DNA of 64,000 bases from NCBI GenBank assembly GCA_964534955.1, contig CAZHRR010000002.1, forward strand, positions 11,069 through 75,068, written 5' to 3'. Under the pieces are notes generated by a model. That model was not told where the DNA came from. It saw nothing but the letters and a program-made list of their open reading frames with translations, and made no database searches. The position numbers and the translations under genes were made by a program. The DNA comes from an uncultured bacterium (GTDB lineage: Bacteria > Fidelibacterota > Marinisomatia > Marinisomatales > UBA2128). This document shows, piece by piece, positions 1 through 9,610 of the stretch (its first letter is position 1; each line of letters starts with the position of its first letter).

Positions 1-611
1 CCAGCGTGAACCACATGGGTTACGTGCTGCTGGGAATGGCCGCTGTTATTGCGGCAGGAGCCAAGAATGGCGGTAACGTTATGGCTGCTGAAGCGGGGAT
101 GAATGGCGCCGTTCTGCAGATGTTCAATCACGGCACGATTACAGCCATGCTCTTTATCCTGGTGGGTGTCATCTATGATAGAGCACACCATAGGAACTTA
201 GACGGCTTTGGAGGTCTTGGTGTCAGGATGCCGGTATACACGGGTGTTGTAGCACTGGCATTCTTTGCCGGTCTTGGACTTCCCGGGCTTTCAGGATTTA
301 TCAGTGAGGCCATGTGCTTTATTGGAGCATTCCCTGTGTTCAAGACTATTGTCATCATTTCAACTCTCGGAATTCTTTTGAATGCATCCTACTTCCTGTG
401 GGCATTTCAGAGGATGTTCCTCGGCAAATTGAACGAGAAGTATGTTGATCTTCCTGAAATCAATAAGCGAGAGCTGTTCACACTGGTACCTCTGGCTGTA
501 TTGGTAATCTTATTAGGAATATATCCTGCCCCTGTGTTGGATGTCATGAAAGTAACGTTAGGACACTTGATTCAAATAGTGCAGCAGAGCCCGCTGATGG
601 CGGCATTTTAA
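1..611 (+). CDS. nuoM: NADH-quinone oxidoreductase subunit M, C-terminal part (5' end outside window)
   Basis: ORF is open to the window start. The polytopic hydrophobic sequence has ND4/NuoM-type C-terminal helices (FNHGTITAMLFILVGVIYDRAHHR, GLPGLSGFISE). A NuoN gene follows directly. Confidence 0.8.
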   Translation, partial: SVNHMGYVLLGMAAVIAAGAKNGGNVMAAEAGMNGAVLQMFNHGTITAMLFILVGVIYDRAHHRNLDGFGGLGVRMPVYTGVVALAFFAGLGLPGLSGFISEAMCFIGAFPVFKTIVIISTLGILLNASYFLWAFQRMFLGKLNEKYVDLPEINKRELFTLVPLAVLVILLGIYPAPVLDVMKVTLGHLIQIVQQSPLMAAF

Positions 612-620
612 TACGAGAAT

Positions 621-2099
621 ATGGATAATTTTCAGAGCATAAAACTCTTCATTCCTGAGCTTGTACTCGTAGGCAGTGTACTGCTGGGGATAATCGCCGA
701 TCTATTCTACCGACGTGAGCATACATTTAAGGTAGGATACTGGATCATCGGGGGACTGACAGTTGCAGCTTTAGCACTTTACTTGACGCCTGCCGGTGAA
801 TCAATTACTATGTTCATGGGAACCATTGTTGTGGATCCTTTTGCCCGGATGTTCAAGTTCATTTTCCTTCTCTCTACGGTTGTAGTTATCCTTATGTCTC
901 AGAAGACAGACGAACTGAAATCAATAAGGACTGGTGAGTATTATCTTCTTATGGTCGTGATAACATTGGGAATGTTCCTCATGGCGTCCAGTGTTGATCT
1001 GATAATGATTTACCTTTCCATAGAAGTGGTTAGTATTGTCTCATTCATCCTTGCCGGATATTTGAAAACTCAGGTTCGCTCTACTGAAGCATCCTTAAAA
1101 TATGTTATCTACGGCGCCTTTTCATCCGGTATCATGCTCTACGGTTTTTCTCTGCTTTTCGGTCTTACCGGAACCACAAAGCTCTTCGAGATTCGAGAAA
1201 GCATAGCTGTTTTGGATGGAGGGACGCTGACTCTAACCGTTTCCATCATCATGATTATGGCGGGTTTCGGTTACAAAATTTCTGCAGTTCCATTCCACTT
1301 CTGGACGCCGGATGTATACGAAGGGGCTCCTACGCCTATTACCGCCTTTCTGTCCGTAGGACCTAAAGCGGCAGGTTTTGCGCTGCTCATTCGTGTTTTT
1401 AATTCGGTCTTCACCGGAGCAGATGCCTTGGCGGCATCCGTCTGGCAGACACTTGAAGGACTTCCGTGGCAGGAAGTGATGGCTGCGCTGGCTGCCATTA
1501 CGATGACATTAGGCAACGTTCTTGCGATTCAGCAGTCCAATGTGAAGCGGCTTCTGGCATACTCCAGCATCGCTCACGCTGGCTACATTCTGATGGGCAT
1601 TCCGGTTCTCTCTCAAGGCGGAATCTATGCTATAATGTTTTATGTGGTAGTTTATTTACTGATGCAATTAGGGGCATTTTTTGTGGTAATTGCCATAAAA
1701 AATAAATTTGGTACCGAAGAGATAGGGGAGTATGGCGGATTAGGTTTTAAGGCTCCTTACCTCGGAGTAACCATGGCCATTTTCCTCTTTTCCCTGACTG
1801 GGCTGCCGCCAACTGCCGGCTTTATTGGAAAGTTCTACCTCTTCTCAGCAGTAATAGATGCAAGGATGTATTGGCTGGCTATCGTGGGGGCACTTAACAG
1901 CGTTATCTCGCTTTACTATTACATGCGCATTGTTAAGATGATGTACCTTCAGGGAGAACGAGAAGCGGAGCTCTATCTTCCTCCGAAATTTCAGACTTCT
2001 CTATTGGCCGTACTTGCTGTTCCTACTGTCATTTTTGGTGTCTACTGGGCACCCATTGCGGATTGGATTCGCAATTCCTTGGTCTTCTTCCTGCCATAG
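621..2099 (+). CDS. nuoN: NADH-quinone oxidoreductase subunit N (first set)
   Basis: 492-aa polytopic protein with the ND2/NuoN core (AVPFHFWTPDVYEGAPTPITAFLSVGPKAAGF, KRLLAYSSIAHAGY). Starts 9 nt after the nuoM' stop. Confidence 0.9.
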   Translation: MDNFQSIKLFIPELVLVGSVLLGIIADLFYRREHTFKVGYWIIGGLTVAALALYLTPAGESITMFMGTIVVDPFARMFKFIFLLSTVVVILMSQKTDELKSIRTGEYYLLMVVITLGMFLMASSVDLIMIYLSIEVVSIVSFILAGYLKTQVRSTEASLKYVIYGAFSSGIMLYGFSLLFGLTGTTKLFEIRESIAVLDGGTLTLTVSIIMIMAGFGYKISAVPFHFWTPDVYEGAPTPITAFLSVGPKAAGFALLIRVFNSVFTGADALAASVWQTLEGLPWQEVMAALAAITMTLGNVLAIQQSNVKRLLAYSSIAHAGYILMGIPVLSQGGIYAIMFYVVVYLLMQLGAFFVVIAIKNKFGTEEIGEYGGLGFKAPYLGVTMAIFLFSLTGLPPTAGFIGKFYLFSAVIDARMYWLAIVGALNSVISLYYYMRIVKMMYLQGEREAELYLPPKFQTSLLAVLAVPTVIFGVYWAPIADWIRNSLVFFLP

Positions 2100-2180
2100 G
2101 CGTAAATTCGTCTGCCCCGACGAGAGAAACACACCGCAAACAGCAGTTTCTGCTGGTTCCTGAAGCGGTAAACAGGGAAG

Positions 2181-2549
2181 ATGATACTGGATAATTACAC
2201 CCCTCTTCTACTAGTCTTTCTATTGGCAGCAGGTTTTGCATCTTTGCTGCTGGTACTTTCACATATTCTCGGCCCCAAGGCCAAGTCAGCCGTGAAACTG
2301 TCTTCTTATGAATCAGGCGTTGATCCCATTGCACCGGCTCATGTCCGCCTTTCTATAAAATATTTTCTGATTGCACTCCTGTTTGTCATCTTTGATATTG
2401 AGATCGTTTTTCTGTTTCCGTGGGCTGTCATATTTAAGGACTTTGTACAATCCGGAGCTTTTATCTTCATCGAGATGCTGGTCTTCATGGTGATTCTCCT
2501 GTTTGGACTGGTTTTCGTATGGAAGAAAGGAGCGTTGGAATGGGAATAA
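2181..2549 (+). CDS. nuoA: NADH-quinone oxidoreductase subunit A
   Basis: 122 aa with 3 TM segments and ND3-type motifs (YESGVDP, FDIEIVFLFPWA). Confidence 0.9.
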   Translation: MILDNYTPLLLVFLLAAGFASLLLVLSHILGPKAKSAVKLSSYESGVDPIAPAHVRLSIKYFLIALLFVIFDIEIVFLFPWAVIFKDFVQSGAFIFIEMLVFMVILLFGLVFVWKKGALEWE

Positions 2550-2554
2550 TTCTT

Positions 2555-2610
2555 CACAGACTCCTTTTGGTGGACACAGAGAACGCCGAGATTCACAGAG
2601 TACCACAGAG
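2555..2610. repeat. Short heptamer repeat cluster: CACAGAC once, then CACAGAG three times
   Basis: Copies start at 2555, 2575, 2594 and 2604, immediately after the nuoA stop codon. Confidence 0.5.
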
Positions 2611-2809
2611 GTTTTTAACGTTGAAACATGTAGTCATGTCACGGACTTCATTTGATAAAACAGCTACAATCCTGTAGGGATTACATGTCTGTAAAAAACG
2701 ATAAGGAACAAACCAAAACCCCTTAGGATGTTTTTTACGAAGTACGTATGAGACACAGGATCTTCATAGCGAATAATGAAGGCTAAATTCCATAGAATAA
2801 ATAAGGTTA

Positions 2810-2881
2810 ATGGTAAAGATTAAGTCAAACATACTGACAACAACAGTCGAAGCAACCTTTGCTTTAACAAAAAAACTATGA
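2810..2881 (+). pseudogene. Relic of a nuoB 5' end (23 codons, then a stop)
   Basis: ATG at 2810 encodes [19 protein letters not shown]..., whereas the true NuoB at 3857 begins [18 protein letters not shown]. Eleven consecutive codons ([11 protein letters not shown]) are identical at the protein level but differ at 9 synonymous third positions. Confidence 0.6.
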
Positions 2882-3053
2882 TAATTGGAATAAGTAGAAA
2901 ATGATAAAACTGATTATGGGAATGATTGGCATATAACTCTTATGAAAAAGTTGGGAATAGCCATCTTTTTTTCATTAAAGCATTGGATTCTGACAAAGCT
3001 ATTGAAAGGGATACAGATAACCAGCCATTCACAGAGTATTATCGAAGCTGAAA

Positions 3054-3109
3054 ACTTGAGGTGCCAAAACGGCACCTTAAATTGAAGGATGCAAATTGCG
3101 ACCTCAAGT
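3054..3109 (+). other. Nested inverted repeats upstream of the ORF6N gene
   Basis: The outer 9-bp pair is ACTTGAGGT (3054-3062) / ACCTCAAGT (3101-3109). The inner 7-bp pair is AGGTGCC (3059-3065) / GGCACCT (3071-3077). Confidence 0.5.
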
Positions 3110-3131
3110 CCTAAAAAAGGAGATTTTGTGA

Positions 3132-3658
3132 ATGGACAGTAAAATAAAAAATGAAATTTTGGCACCAGTTGAAAAGGTTGCCGATAAAATACTGTTGATT
3201 CGAGGACAAAAAGTAATGTTGGATAGGGATTTGGCAGGATTGTATGGTGTAGAAACGAAAATATTAAAAAGAGCCGTGAGAAGAAATCTGGAAAGGTTTC
3301 CGGCTGACTTCATGTTTGAGCTAAATAAAGAAGAACAATCTGCCTTAAGGTACCAATTTGTCTCCTTAAAAAAAGGTGAGCATACAAAGTATTTATCATT
3401 TGCTTTTAATGAGCAAGGTGTAGCTATGCTTTCTTCTGTAAAAGGGCAATTGAAGTCAATATTTTAATCATGAGAGCCTTTGTTCGCATGAAGGAACTTT
3501 TGTATTCAGATAAGAATCTGGCATTGAAAGTAGAAAAATTGGAAAGAGAAATGGAAAAACAGGGAAGATCATTACAGCAAGTTATTCGTATTGTAGATCA
3601 ATTATTGGAGCAGCCCAAACCGAAGCCAATGATAATAGGATTTAAAGTGGATGAATGA
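3132..3658 (+). pseudogene. ORF6N-domain DNA-binding protein gene, frameshifted
   Basis: The N-terminal ORF ([54 protein letters not shown]) stops at 3467. The conserved continuation [13 protein letters not shown] is readable only in another frame from ~3447 and runs on as ORF 3470-3658. A short indel that is not a multiple of 3 must lie between SSV and AIEVN. Confidence 0.75.
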
Positions 3659-3856
3659 CCAAGAAACAACCATAACTATTCCTGTGAAAATAAGATGGAA
3701 AAATAGTCGCAATGGAGGGTAATTAACTTCTCTATTGTCATCAATAAACTCAACACGAAAAGGACAACGAAAGAAGTTGGCTGAAAAAAATGATAAATCC
3801 GTCCCAATGGGACTCCTTACTTCGGAACAATCCGCATTCTTCAATCCGAAATCCTA

Positions 3857-4342
3857 ATGGATAATAAATCCAACATACTCACTACCACTGTAGAGGCTGC
3901 CGTAAACTGGGGACGCAAAAACTCCCTTTGGCCCATGCCGTTTGGAACTGCCTGCTGCGGTATCGAACTGATGGCAGTACTGGCCTCGCGTTCTGACATA
4001 GCCCGGTTCGGGGCAGAAGCGATTCGCTTCTCACCCCGGCAGTCCGACCTCCTTGTTGTTGCCGGCCGAATTACCATTAAGATGATGCCCGTACTGCAGC
4101 GCATCTACGAGCAGATGCCGGAACCTAAGTGGGTCATCTCCATGGGCGCCTGTGCCTCCAGCGGCGGAGTGTTCGATACGTACAGTGTTATCCAGGGTGT
4201 AGACCAATTCATACCGGTGGATGTCTATATCCCGGGCTGCCCGCCAAGACCGGAGGGTTTGCTTGATGGTCTTATGAAGATTCAGAATCTGGTGGAAAAG
4301 GAGAAGTTTTCTGATTATTCCAGTTGGAGTAAAAATAGATGA
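3857..4342 (+). CDS. nuoB: NADH-quinone oxidoreductase subunit B
   Basis: PSST-type motifs: [24 protein letters not shown]. Confidence 0.95.
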   Translation: MDNKSNILTTTVEAAVNWGRKNSLWPMPFGTACCGIELMAVLASRSDIARFGAEAIRFSPRQSDLLVVAGRITIKMMPVLQRIYEQMPEPKWVISMGACASSGGVFDTYSVIQGVDQFIPVDVYIPGCPPRPEGLLDGLMKIQNLVEKEKFSDYSSWSKNR

Positions 4343-4848
4343 CTCTCTCTAAAACAACGGCCAAGTTACAGGAACAATATTCAGAATCTGTTCTGGAAAT
4401 GTCGGAGAAAGAGAAGGACATTACTCTCCACGTGAAGGGTAATGCCGTTATTGAGATACTCTCTTTTCTTAGAATGGAAGGGTTCAACTTTCTGGCTGAC
4501 TTGACTGCGGTAGATAATCTGACATTAGGCGGATTTGAGAGGTTTGCCGTAATCTATCATTTGCTGTCACACGAGCGAGTGGAGCGAATTGTTGTCAAGG
4601 CGTATATCCCCGAAGAGAAACCGGTTATACCGTCTGTAGAGTCACTATGGAAGACAGCGGACTGGCAGGAGCGGGAGGTGTACGATTTGTACGGAATCGA
4701 ATTTGAGGGACACCCAAACCTGATCCGCATAATGAATCCTGACGAGTTCAAAGGCTACCCATTGCGTAAAGATTTTCCCCGGCAAGGACGGGGAGAGCGG
4801 AAAGACTTCCCGGTTGTGGATCGGCTGACTGGAGGAAAAAGCAAGTGA
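4339..4848 (+). CDS. nuoC: NADH-quinone oxidoreductase subunit C
   Basis: 30-kDa subunit signature ([20 protein letters not shown]). The ATGA overlap with nuoB indicates coupling. Confidence 0.9.
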   Translation: MTLSKTTAKLQEQYSESVLEMSEKEKDITLHVKGNAVIEILSFLRMEGFNFLADLTAVDNLTLGGFERFAVIYHLLSHERVERIVVKAYIPEEKPVIPSVESLWKTADWQEREVYDLYGIEFEGHPNLIRIMNPDEFKGYPLRKDFPRQGRGERKDFPVVDRLTGGKSK

Positions 4849-6050
4849 ATCCTCAAATACCTGCCCGGCCGCTGGAGACTGAGAAAATGGTCCTCAACTT
4901 TGGGCCGTCCCATCCAGCCACTCACGGTACACTGCGGGTGATCATGGAGCTGGATGGTGAGATAGTCTTGAACGCGACACCGGAGATCGGCTTCCTCCAT
5001 TCCGGTTTTGAGAAACTAGGCGAGCATTTGGACTATAATCAGTATGTAACTATCACCGATAGGATGAATTATCTCTCGCCGCTCTGTAATAACGTAGCGT
5101 ATGCCCTTTCTGCCGAGAAGCTGATGGATATCGAGGTACCAAAAAGGGCTCAATACATTCGGGTGCTGATGTGCGAACTGAGCCGAATTGCTGATCATTT
5201 CCTGAGTGTAGGTATGCAGGCAGTGGACATTGGTGCATTTACAGTTTTCCTCTATGGATTTCGCCTGCGAGAAAATATCTATGACCTTTTTGAAGCGGCT
5301 ACTGGTACCCGCCTCACTACCAGCTATACCCGTGTAGGAGGGCTCATGAGGGATCTTCCCGATCGCTTCGAAGATGCCGTAGCAAAAGTTCTGGATGAGG
5401 TAGGTAAAGTTGCTGATGAGATCGAGACGCTTCTGAACCGAAACCGTATCTGGCAGAAGCGGACGAAAGGTGTGGGCGTTATCAGTCTGGAGGATGCTAA
5501 TTCCTACGGCATCACCGGGCCGGCGGCGCGGGCTGCAGGAGTTGATTGGGACCTGCGTGTGAAGGAGCCGTATTCCAGCTACGAGGAGTTTGACTTTGAT
5601 GTAGTGATTGGTATGAACGGAGATGTTTTCGATCGGTACCTTGTACGGATGGAAGAGATTCGACAAAGTGTAAAGATCTGCCGGCAGGTATTGGAGAAAA
5701 TTCCGAAAGGCGAAGTGAACATTGATTCCGAATCAAAGCTCGTTTTACCTCCAAAGGATGATGTTTACAATTCCATCGAGGGTCTGATTCATCACTTCGA
5801 GCAGATCATGCCTAATCGAGGGATGACACCACCCAAGGGAGAGGCCTACGTACCAACTGAATCGCCGAATGGCGAATTGGGCTACTACATCGTCAGTGAC
5901 GGCTCCCGTACTCCATATCGAGTTCGGACGCGGCCACCGTCACTTATCAACTACTCCATTTTTCCTAAGATTATGGCCGGTGGTATGATTTCAGATGCTG
6001 TCGCCATTATCGGAAGCCTCAACATTATTGCGGGAGAGCTTGACAGATAA
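4845..6050 (+). CDS. nuoD: NADH-quinone oxidoreductase subunit D
   Basis: 49-kDa subunit motifs (NFGPSHPATHGTLR, C-terminal LNIIAGELDR). The GTG start overlaps the nuoC stop. Confidence 0.95.
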   Translation: MNPQIPARPLETEKMVLNFGPSHPATHGTLRVIMELDGEIVLNATPEIGFLHSGFEKLGEHLDYNQYVTITDRMNYLSPLCNNVAYALSAEKLMDIEVPKRAQYIRVLMCELSRIADHFLSVGMQAVDIGAFTVFLYGFRLRENIYDLFEAATGTRLTTSYTRVGGLMRDLPDRFEDAVAKVLDEVGKVADEIETLLNRNRIWQKRTKGVGVISLEDANSYGITGPAARAAGVDWDLRVKEPYSSYEEFDFDVVIGMNGDVFDRYLVRMEEIRQSVKICRQVLEKIPKGEVNIDSESKLVLPPKDDVYNSIEGLIHHFEQIMPNRGMTPPKGEAYVPTESPNGELGYYIVSDGSRTPYRVRTRPPSLINYSIFPKIMAGGMISDAVAIIGSLNIIAGELDR

Positions 6051-6213
6051 GTCCTAAAATGAGACGAGAAAAAGTATTAATGAGAGAAATATTTAGTTCT
6101 ATGACCTCCCCTATTTCCCCTCCTTGGCAAGCCTGCCCGACGGTCAGGCGGGGAGGGGAAGAAAAGGGTGGTCCATGTTTTTCTTTTAGTATCGAACGAA
6201 AATATTTTTTAGT

Positions 6214-6693
6214 ATGAGTGACAGTTCCAAATTCGAATTCGCCAAGCCAGAAATGGTAGAAAACATCGTATCTCAGTATCCGGATAAACGATCGGCGGTT
6301 TTGCCTTTGCTGCATCTGGCTCAGAGTCAGGAAGGTTACATCACTGTCGCAGCTATTGAGACGATTGCTCAAATAGTAGGCGTTACTCCGGCAGAGATTG
6401 CTGACACAGTGTCCTTCTATACAATGCTATACACAAAACCACAAGGCAAGCACATCGTACAGGTTTGTCAAACCCTCTCCTGCAGCCTGAATGGAGCTGA
6501 TGACTTGGTGGATCACGTTTGCGACAAGTATAAAATTAATCCGGGAGAAACAACCGAGGACGGTATGTTCTCATTATTGAAAGTGGAGTGCCTAGGCTCC
6601 TGCGGGACAGCTCCGGTAGTTCAGATAAATAACGATTATCACGAAGAACTTTCTATCGAATCTCTGGATGAACTTTTGGATTCTCTGAAATGA
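6214..6693 (+). CDS. nuoE: NADH-quinone oxidoreductase subunit E
   Basis: 24-kDa 2Fe-2S subunit (VCQTLSCSLNGA ... ECLGSCGTAPV). Confidence 0.9.
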   Translation: MSDSSKFEFAKPEMVENIVSQYPDKRSAVLPLLHLAQSQEGYITVAAIETIAQIVGVTPAEIADTVSFYTMLYTKPQGKHIVQVCQTLSCSLNGADDLVDHVCDKYKINPGETTEDGMFSLLKVECLGSCGTAPVVQINNDYHEELSIESLDELLDSLK

Positions 6694-7991
6694 TCGATTT
6701 CAAGCCAATCTTGACGGAACATATCCACGTGGAGAATTCTCATACGCTGGAATTCTACCGATCCGTAGGCGGTTATTCAGCCTTGGAGAGAGTGCTGAAA
6801 TCAATGACTCCCGATGAAGTAATTGAAGAGGTAAAGGCTTCTAACCTGCGCGGCCGCGGCGGTGCTGGATTCTCTGCTGGCGTGAAGTGGGGATTCATTC
6901 CAAAGGGCAGCGATAAGCTGAAGTATCTCGTCTGCAATGCTGACGAGAGCGAGCCCGGAACATTCAAGGATCGGTTGCTCATGACCAAAGTGCCGCATCA
7001 AATGCTGGAGGGAATAATTATCGCCTCGTACGCCATCCAAGCTCACTTGGCGTTTGTTTATATTCGAGGTGAGTTTTACAGCGAGTATCTCATCTTGGAG
7101 AAAATGGTAGCTGAGGCGAAAGAGGCAGGACTGCTCGGTAAAAATATTTTAGACTCCGGCTACGATCTGGACGTTGTGATCCATCGCGGTGCCGGCGCTT
7201 ACATCTGCGGCGAAGAGATGGGTCTGATGGAATCACTGAAAGGCAGACGAGGATGGCCCCGCATCAAGCCGCCATACCCTGCCATCGAAGGGTACCTGAA
7301 GTCTCCCACTATTGTCAATAACGTAGAGACGCTGGCTAACGTGCCGCATATTATCAATCGTGGGGCGGACTGGTTTCGATCCATCGGGCCGGAGAAAGCT
7401 CCGGGTCCCAAGCTGTTTTGTCTTTCCGGTCGAGTAAAGAAGCCGGGAGTGTATGAAGAGCCCATGGGTATTCCATTGAAGGAACTCATCTACGACCGAG
7501 CCGGAGGTATTACCGATGACCGAAAACTCAAGGCTGTCTTTCCAGGCGGATCATCGTCACCTATTCTGTCAGCGGATGAAACTGAAGGTCTGAAGATGGA
7601 TTTTAGTGGATTGGCTTCAGTTAATTCCATGCTCGGTTCTGCTGGAATTATCGTCATGGACGAAACGGTGGATATGGTACGAGCGTGTCTTAACATTGCC
7701 CGTTTTTATGCTCATGAATCGTGCGGTCAGTGTACCCCGTGTCGGGAAGGAACTACTTGGCTGGTGAAGATTCTCACCCGACTTTATCGGGGCGGAGGTA
7801 CCCGCAGGGACATAGACATGATTCTGGAAATTACTGACAACATCGGAGGTCTATCAGACTATTCCTGGGGGAGTTATGGAAAGACCATCTGTCCGTTTGG
7901 CGAGGCAGTATCTTGGCCCGTGAGAAGTTTAGTGGAAAAATTTGAGGATGAGTTTATTGCCTGCGTAGAAAAGGCGGGAGTTGCCATCTAA
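6690..7991 (+). CDS. nuoF: NADH-quinone oxidoreductase subunit F
   Basis: 51-kDa subunit motifs: GRGGAGF, GAGAYICGEE, ESCGQCTPCREG. Confidence 0.95.
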   Translation: MIDFKPILTEHIHVENSHTLEFYRSVGGYSALERVLKSMTPDEVIEEVKASNLRGRGGAGFSAGVKWGFIPKGSDKLKYLVCNADESEPGTFKDRLLMTKVPHQMLEGIIIASYAIQAHLAFVYIRGEFYSEYLILEKMVAEAKEAGLLGKNILDSGYDLDVVIHRGAGAYICGEEMGLMESLKGRRGWPRIKPPYPAIEGYLKSPTIVNNVETLANVPHIINRGADWFRSIGPEKAPGPKLFCLSGRVKKPGVYEEPMGIPLKELIYDRAGGITDDRKLKAVFPGGSSSPILSADETEGLKMDFSGLASVNSMLGSAGIIVMDETVDMVRACLNIARFYAHESCGQCTPCREGTTWLVKILTRLYRGGGTRRDIDMILEITDNIGGLSDYSWGSYGKTICPFGEAVSWPVRSLVEKFEDEFIACVEKAGVAI

Positions 7992-9610
7992 TGCCTCTTC
8001 TCAGAATTGACAATAGAGAAATTGAAGTTGCTGCCGGGACGACTGTCCTGGATGCTGCCCTGGAGAATGGCATAGAGATCCCTCACTACTGCTACCATCC
8101 CGTTCTGGAGATTGTGAGCAGCTGCCGGATGTGTATGGTGGAAGTGGAAGGGATGACGAAACTTCAGGTGGCATGCAACACACGGGTAGGGAATGTGCCT
8201 CCGGATAAGAAAGTAGACGGATTTGATATGGTTGTTCGTACTAAGACCGAGACTGTACAAAAAGCGAGAGAGAACACACTGGAGTTTTTGCTCCTCAATC
8301 ATCCTCTGGATTGTCCAGTCTGTGACCAAGCGGGGGAGTGTTTTCTGCAGGATTACTCGTTCCGCTACGGCCGGGCTCACAGCCGTTTTGAGGATGAGAA
8401 GCGAGTCCGTCCGGCTGAGGACTTGGGCGCTGGAGTGGTCATTAATCAGAACCGCTGTATCATGTGTACTCGCTGTGTTCGTTTCACGAGAGAAATTTCC
8501 GGTACCGGCGAGTTGTTTGTCCAACATCGGGGCAACAATACGAAAATTTCTGCACTAGAAGACAATCCTCTCGACAATCTCCTCGCCGGGAACGTTACGG
8601 ACATATGTCCCGTAGGAGCGCTGCTGAGTAAAGATTACATACACCGCAACCGTATCTGGAATCTCAACCGGCAGCCGTCTGTTTGTCTGGAATGCAGTGT
8701 GGGCTGTAACGCGGATATCTTTCACCAGAACGGAGAGGTTTTCCGTATCTCAGCCCGGGAGAATCTCGAGGTGAACGGATACTTCATCTGCGATTTGGGC
8801 CGCTACAGTTACCACAATTACGAGAATCTCAAGCGAGTGACATCTCCCATGATTCGCAATGGCGAGAAGTGGCAGGAGATAAGCTGGGAAGGAGCTCTCA
8901 AAGAAATTTTTGAGAAGTTGGGCCGGAAGAAAAAGGGCTCAAAAAACTTGATATCCGGCATTGCCTCACCTTTCCACACCAGCGAAACCAATTTCATGTT
9001 TGCCCGGCTTATGAATAACGTTTTTAAAGAACGCGCTGTTATCGGAATGATCCCTTTTGATAAGGAGGATGAGATTCGTTTCCCCGCTGGTTTTCGCATC
9101 AGTGGTGACCGTTCGCCTAATCGACGGGGAGCAGAGCAAGTTTTTCCGGTAATGTCTGGCGACATTTTCAGCGAGATTAGGAAACATAAAATCAAGCTTA
9201 TGTATGCACTGGACGATGGTATTGAGCGTGAGTTGTCGCAAGAGTGGAGGGATCTTATCCGTAATCTCGATTTCCTCGTCGTGCAGACTTACGCCATGAC
9301 GCCTTTGGCGGAGCGAGCTCATCTTCTGCTTCCCGGAGCCGCACCGCTGGAGAGGGAAGGGACAGTCACAAATGATATGGGACAGATTCAATGGCTCCGT
9401 CCGGCACTGCCGCTGCAGGGCTCAAGCCGTCCTGACTGGCAGATTATCATGGAAGTGATAAACACTGTAGGGAAGCGTGAGCTGCACTATGCTCATGTAA
9501 GCGAAGTATTGGCGGAGATGGGTGAGCGGATTCCGGCCTATAAAGGTGTTACATTCTTCAAGCTGGGTGAGTTCGGGATGAGCTCCAACGGACAGATGGA
9601 GAAAAGCTGA
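7991..9610 (+). CDS. nuoG: NADH-quinone oxidoreductase subunit G
   Basis: 75-kDa subunit with an N-terminal 2Fe-2S region (CYHP..SCRMCMVEV), HPLDCPVCDQAGEC and CIMCTRCVRF. Confidence 0.9.
   Translation: MPLLRIDNREIEVAAGTTVLDAALENGIEIPHYCYHPVLEIVSSCRMCMVEVEGMTKLQVACNTRVGNVPPDKKVDGFDMVVRTKTETVQKARENTLEFLLLNHPLDCPVCDQAGECFLQDYSFRYGRAHSRFEDEKRVRPAEDLGAGVVINQNRCIMCTRCVRFTREISGTGELFVQHRGNNTKISALEDNPLDNLLAGNVTDICPVGALLSKDYIHRNRIWNLNRQPSVCLECSVGCNADIFHQNGEVFRISARENLEVNGYFICDLGRYSYHNYENLKRVTSPMIRNGEKWQEISWEGALKEIFEKLGRKKKGSKNLISGIASPFHTSETNFMFARLMNNVFKERAVIGMIPFDKEDEIRFPAGFRISGDRSPNRRGAEQVFPVMSGDIFSEIRKHKIKLMYALDDGIERELSQEWRDLIRNLDFLVVQTYAMTPLAERAHLLLPGAAPLEREGTVTNDMGQIQWLRPALPLQGSSRPDWQIIMEVINTVGKRELHYAHVSEVLAEMGERIPAYKGVTFFKLGEFGMSSNGQMEKS

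Noticed and set aside
5016-5666. 216-aa minus-strand ORF inside nuoD. Similar long antisense ORFs occur at 7988-8527, 14655-15383, 28024-28566, 38745-39344 and 54289-54786.
   Set aside because: Each is fully contained in a + strand gene that has unmistakable family motifs. Their translations are low-complexity or Arg/Ser/Pro-rich with no recognisable domain. They are antisense shadows of well-supported + strand genes.
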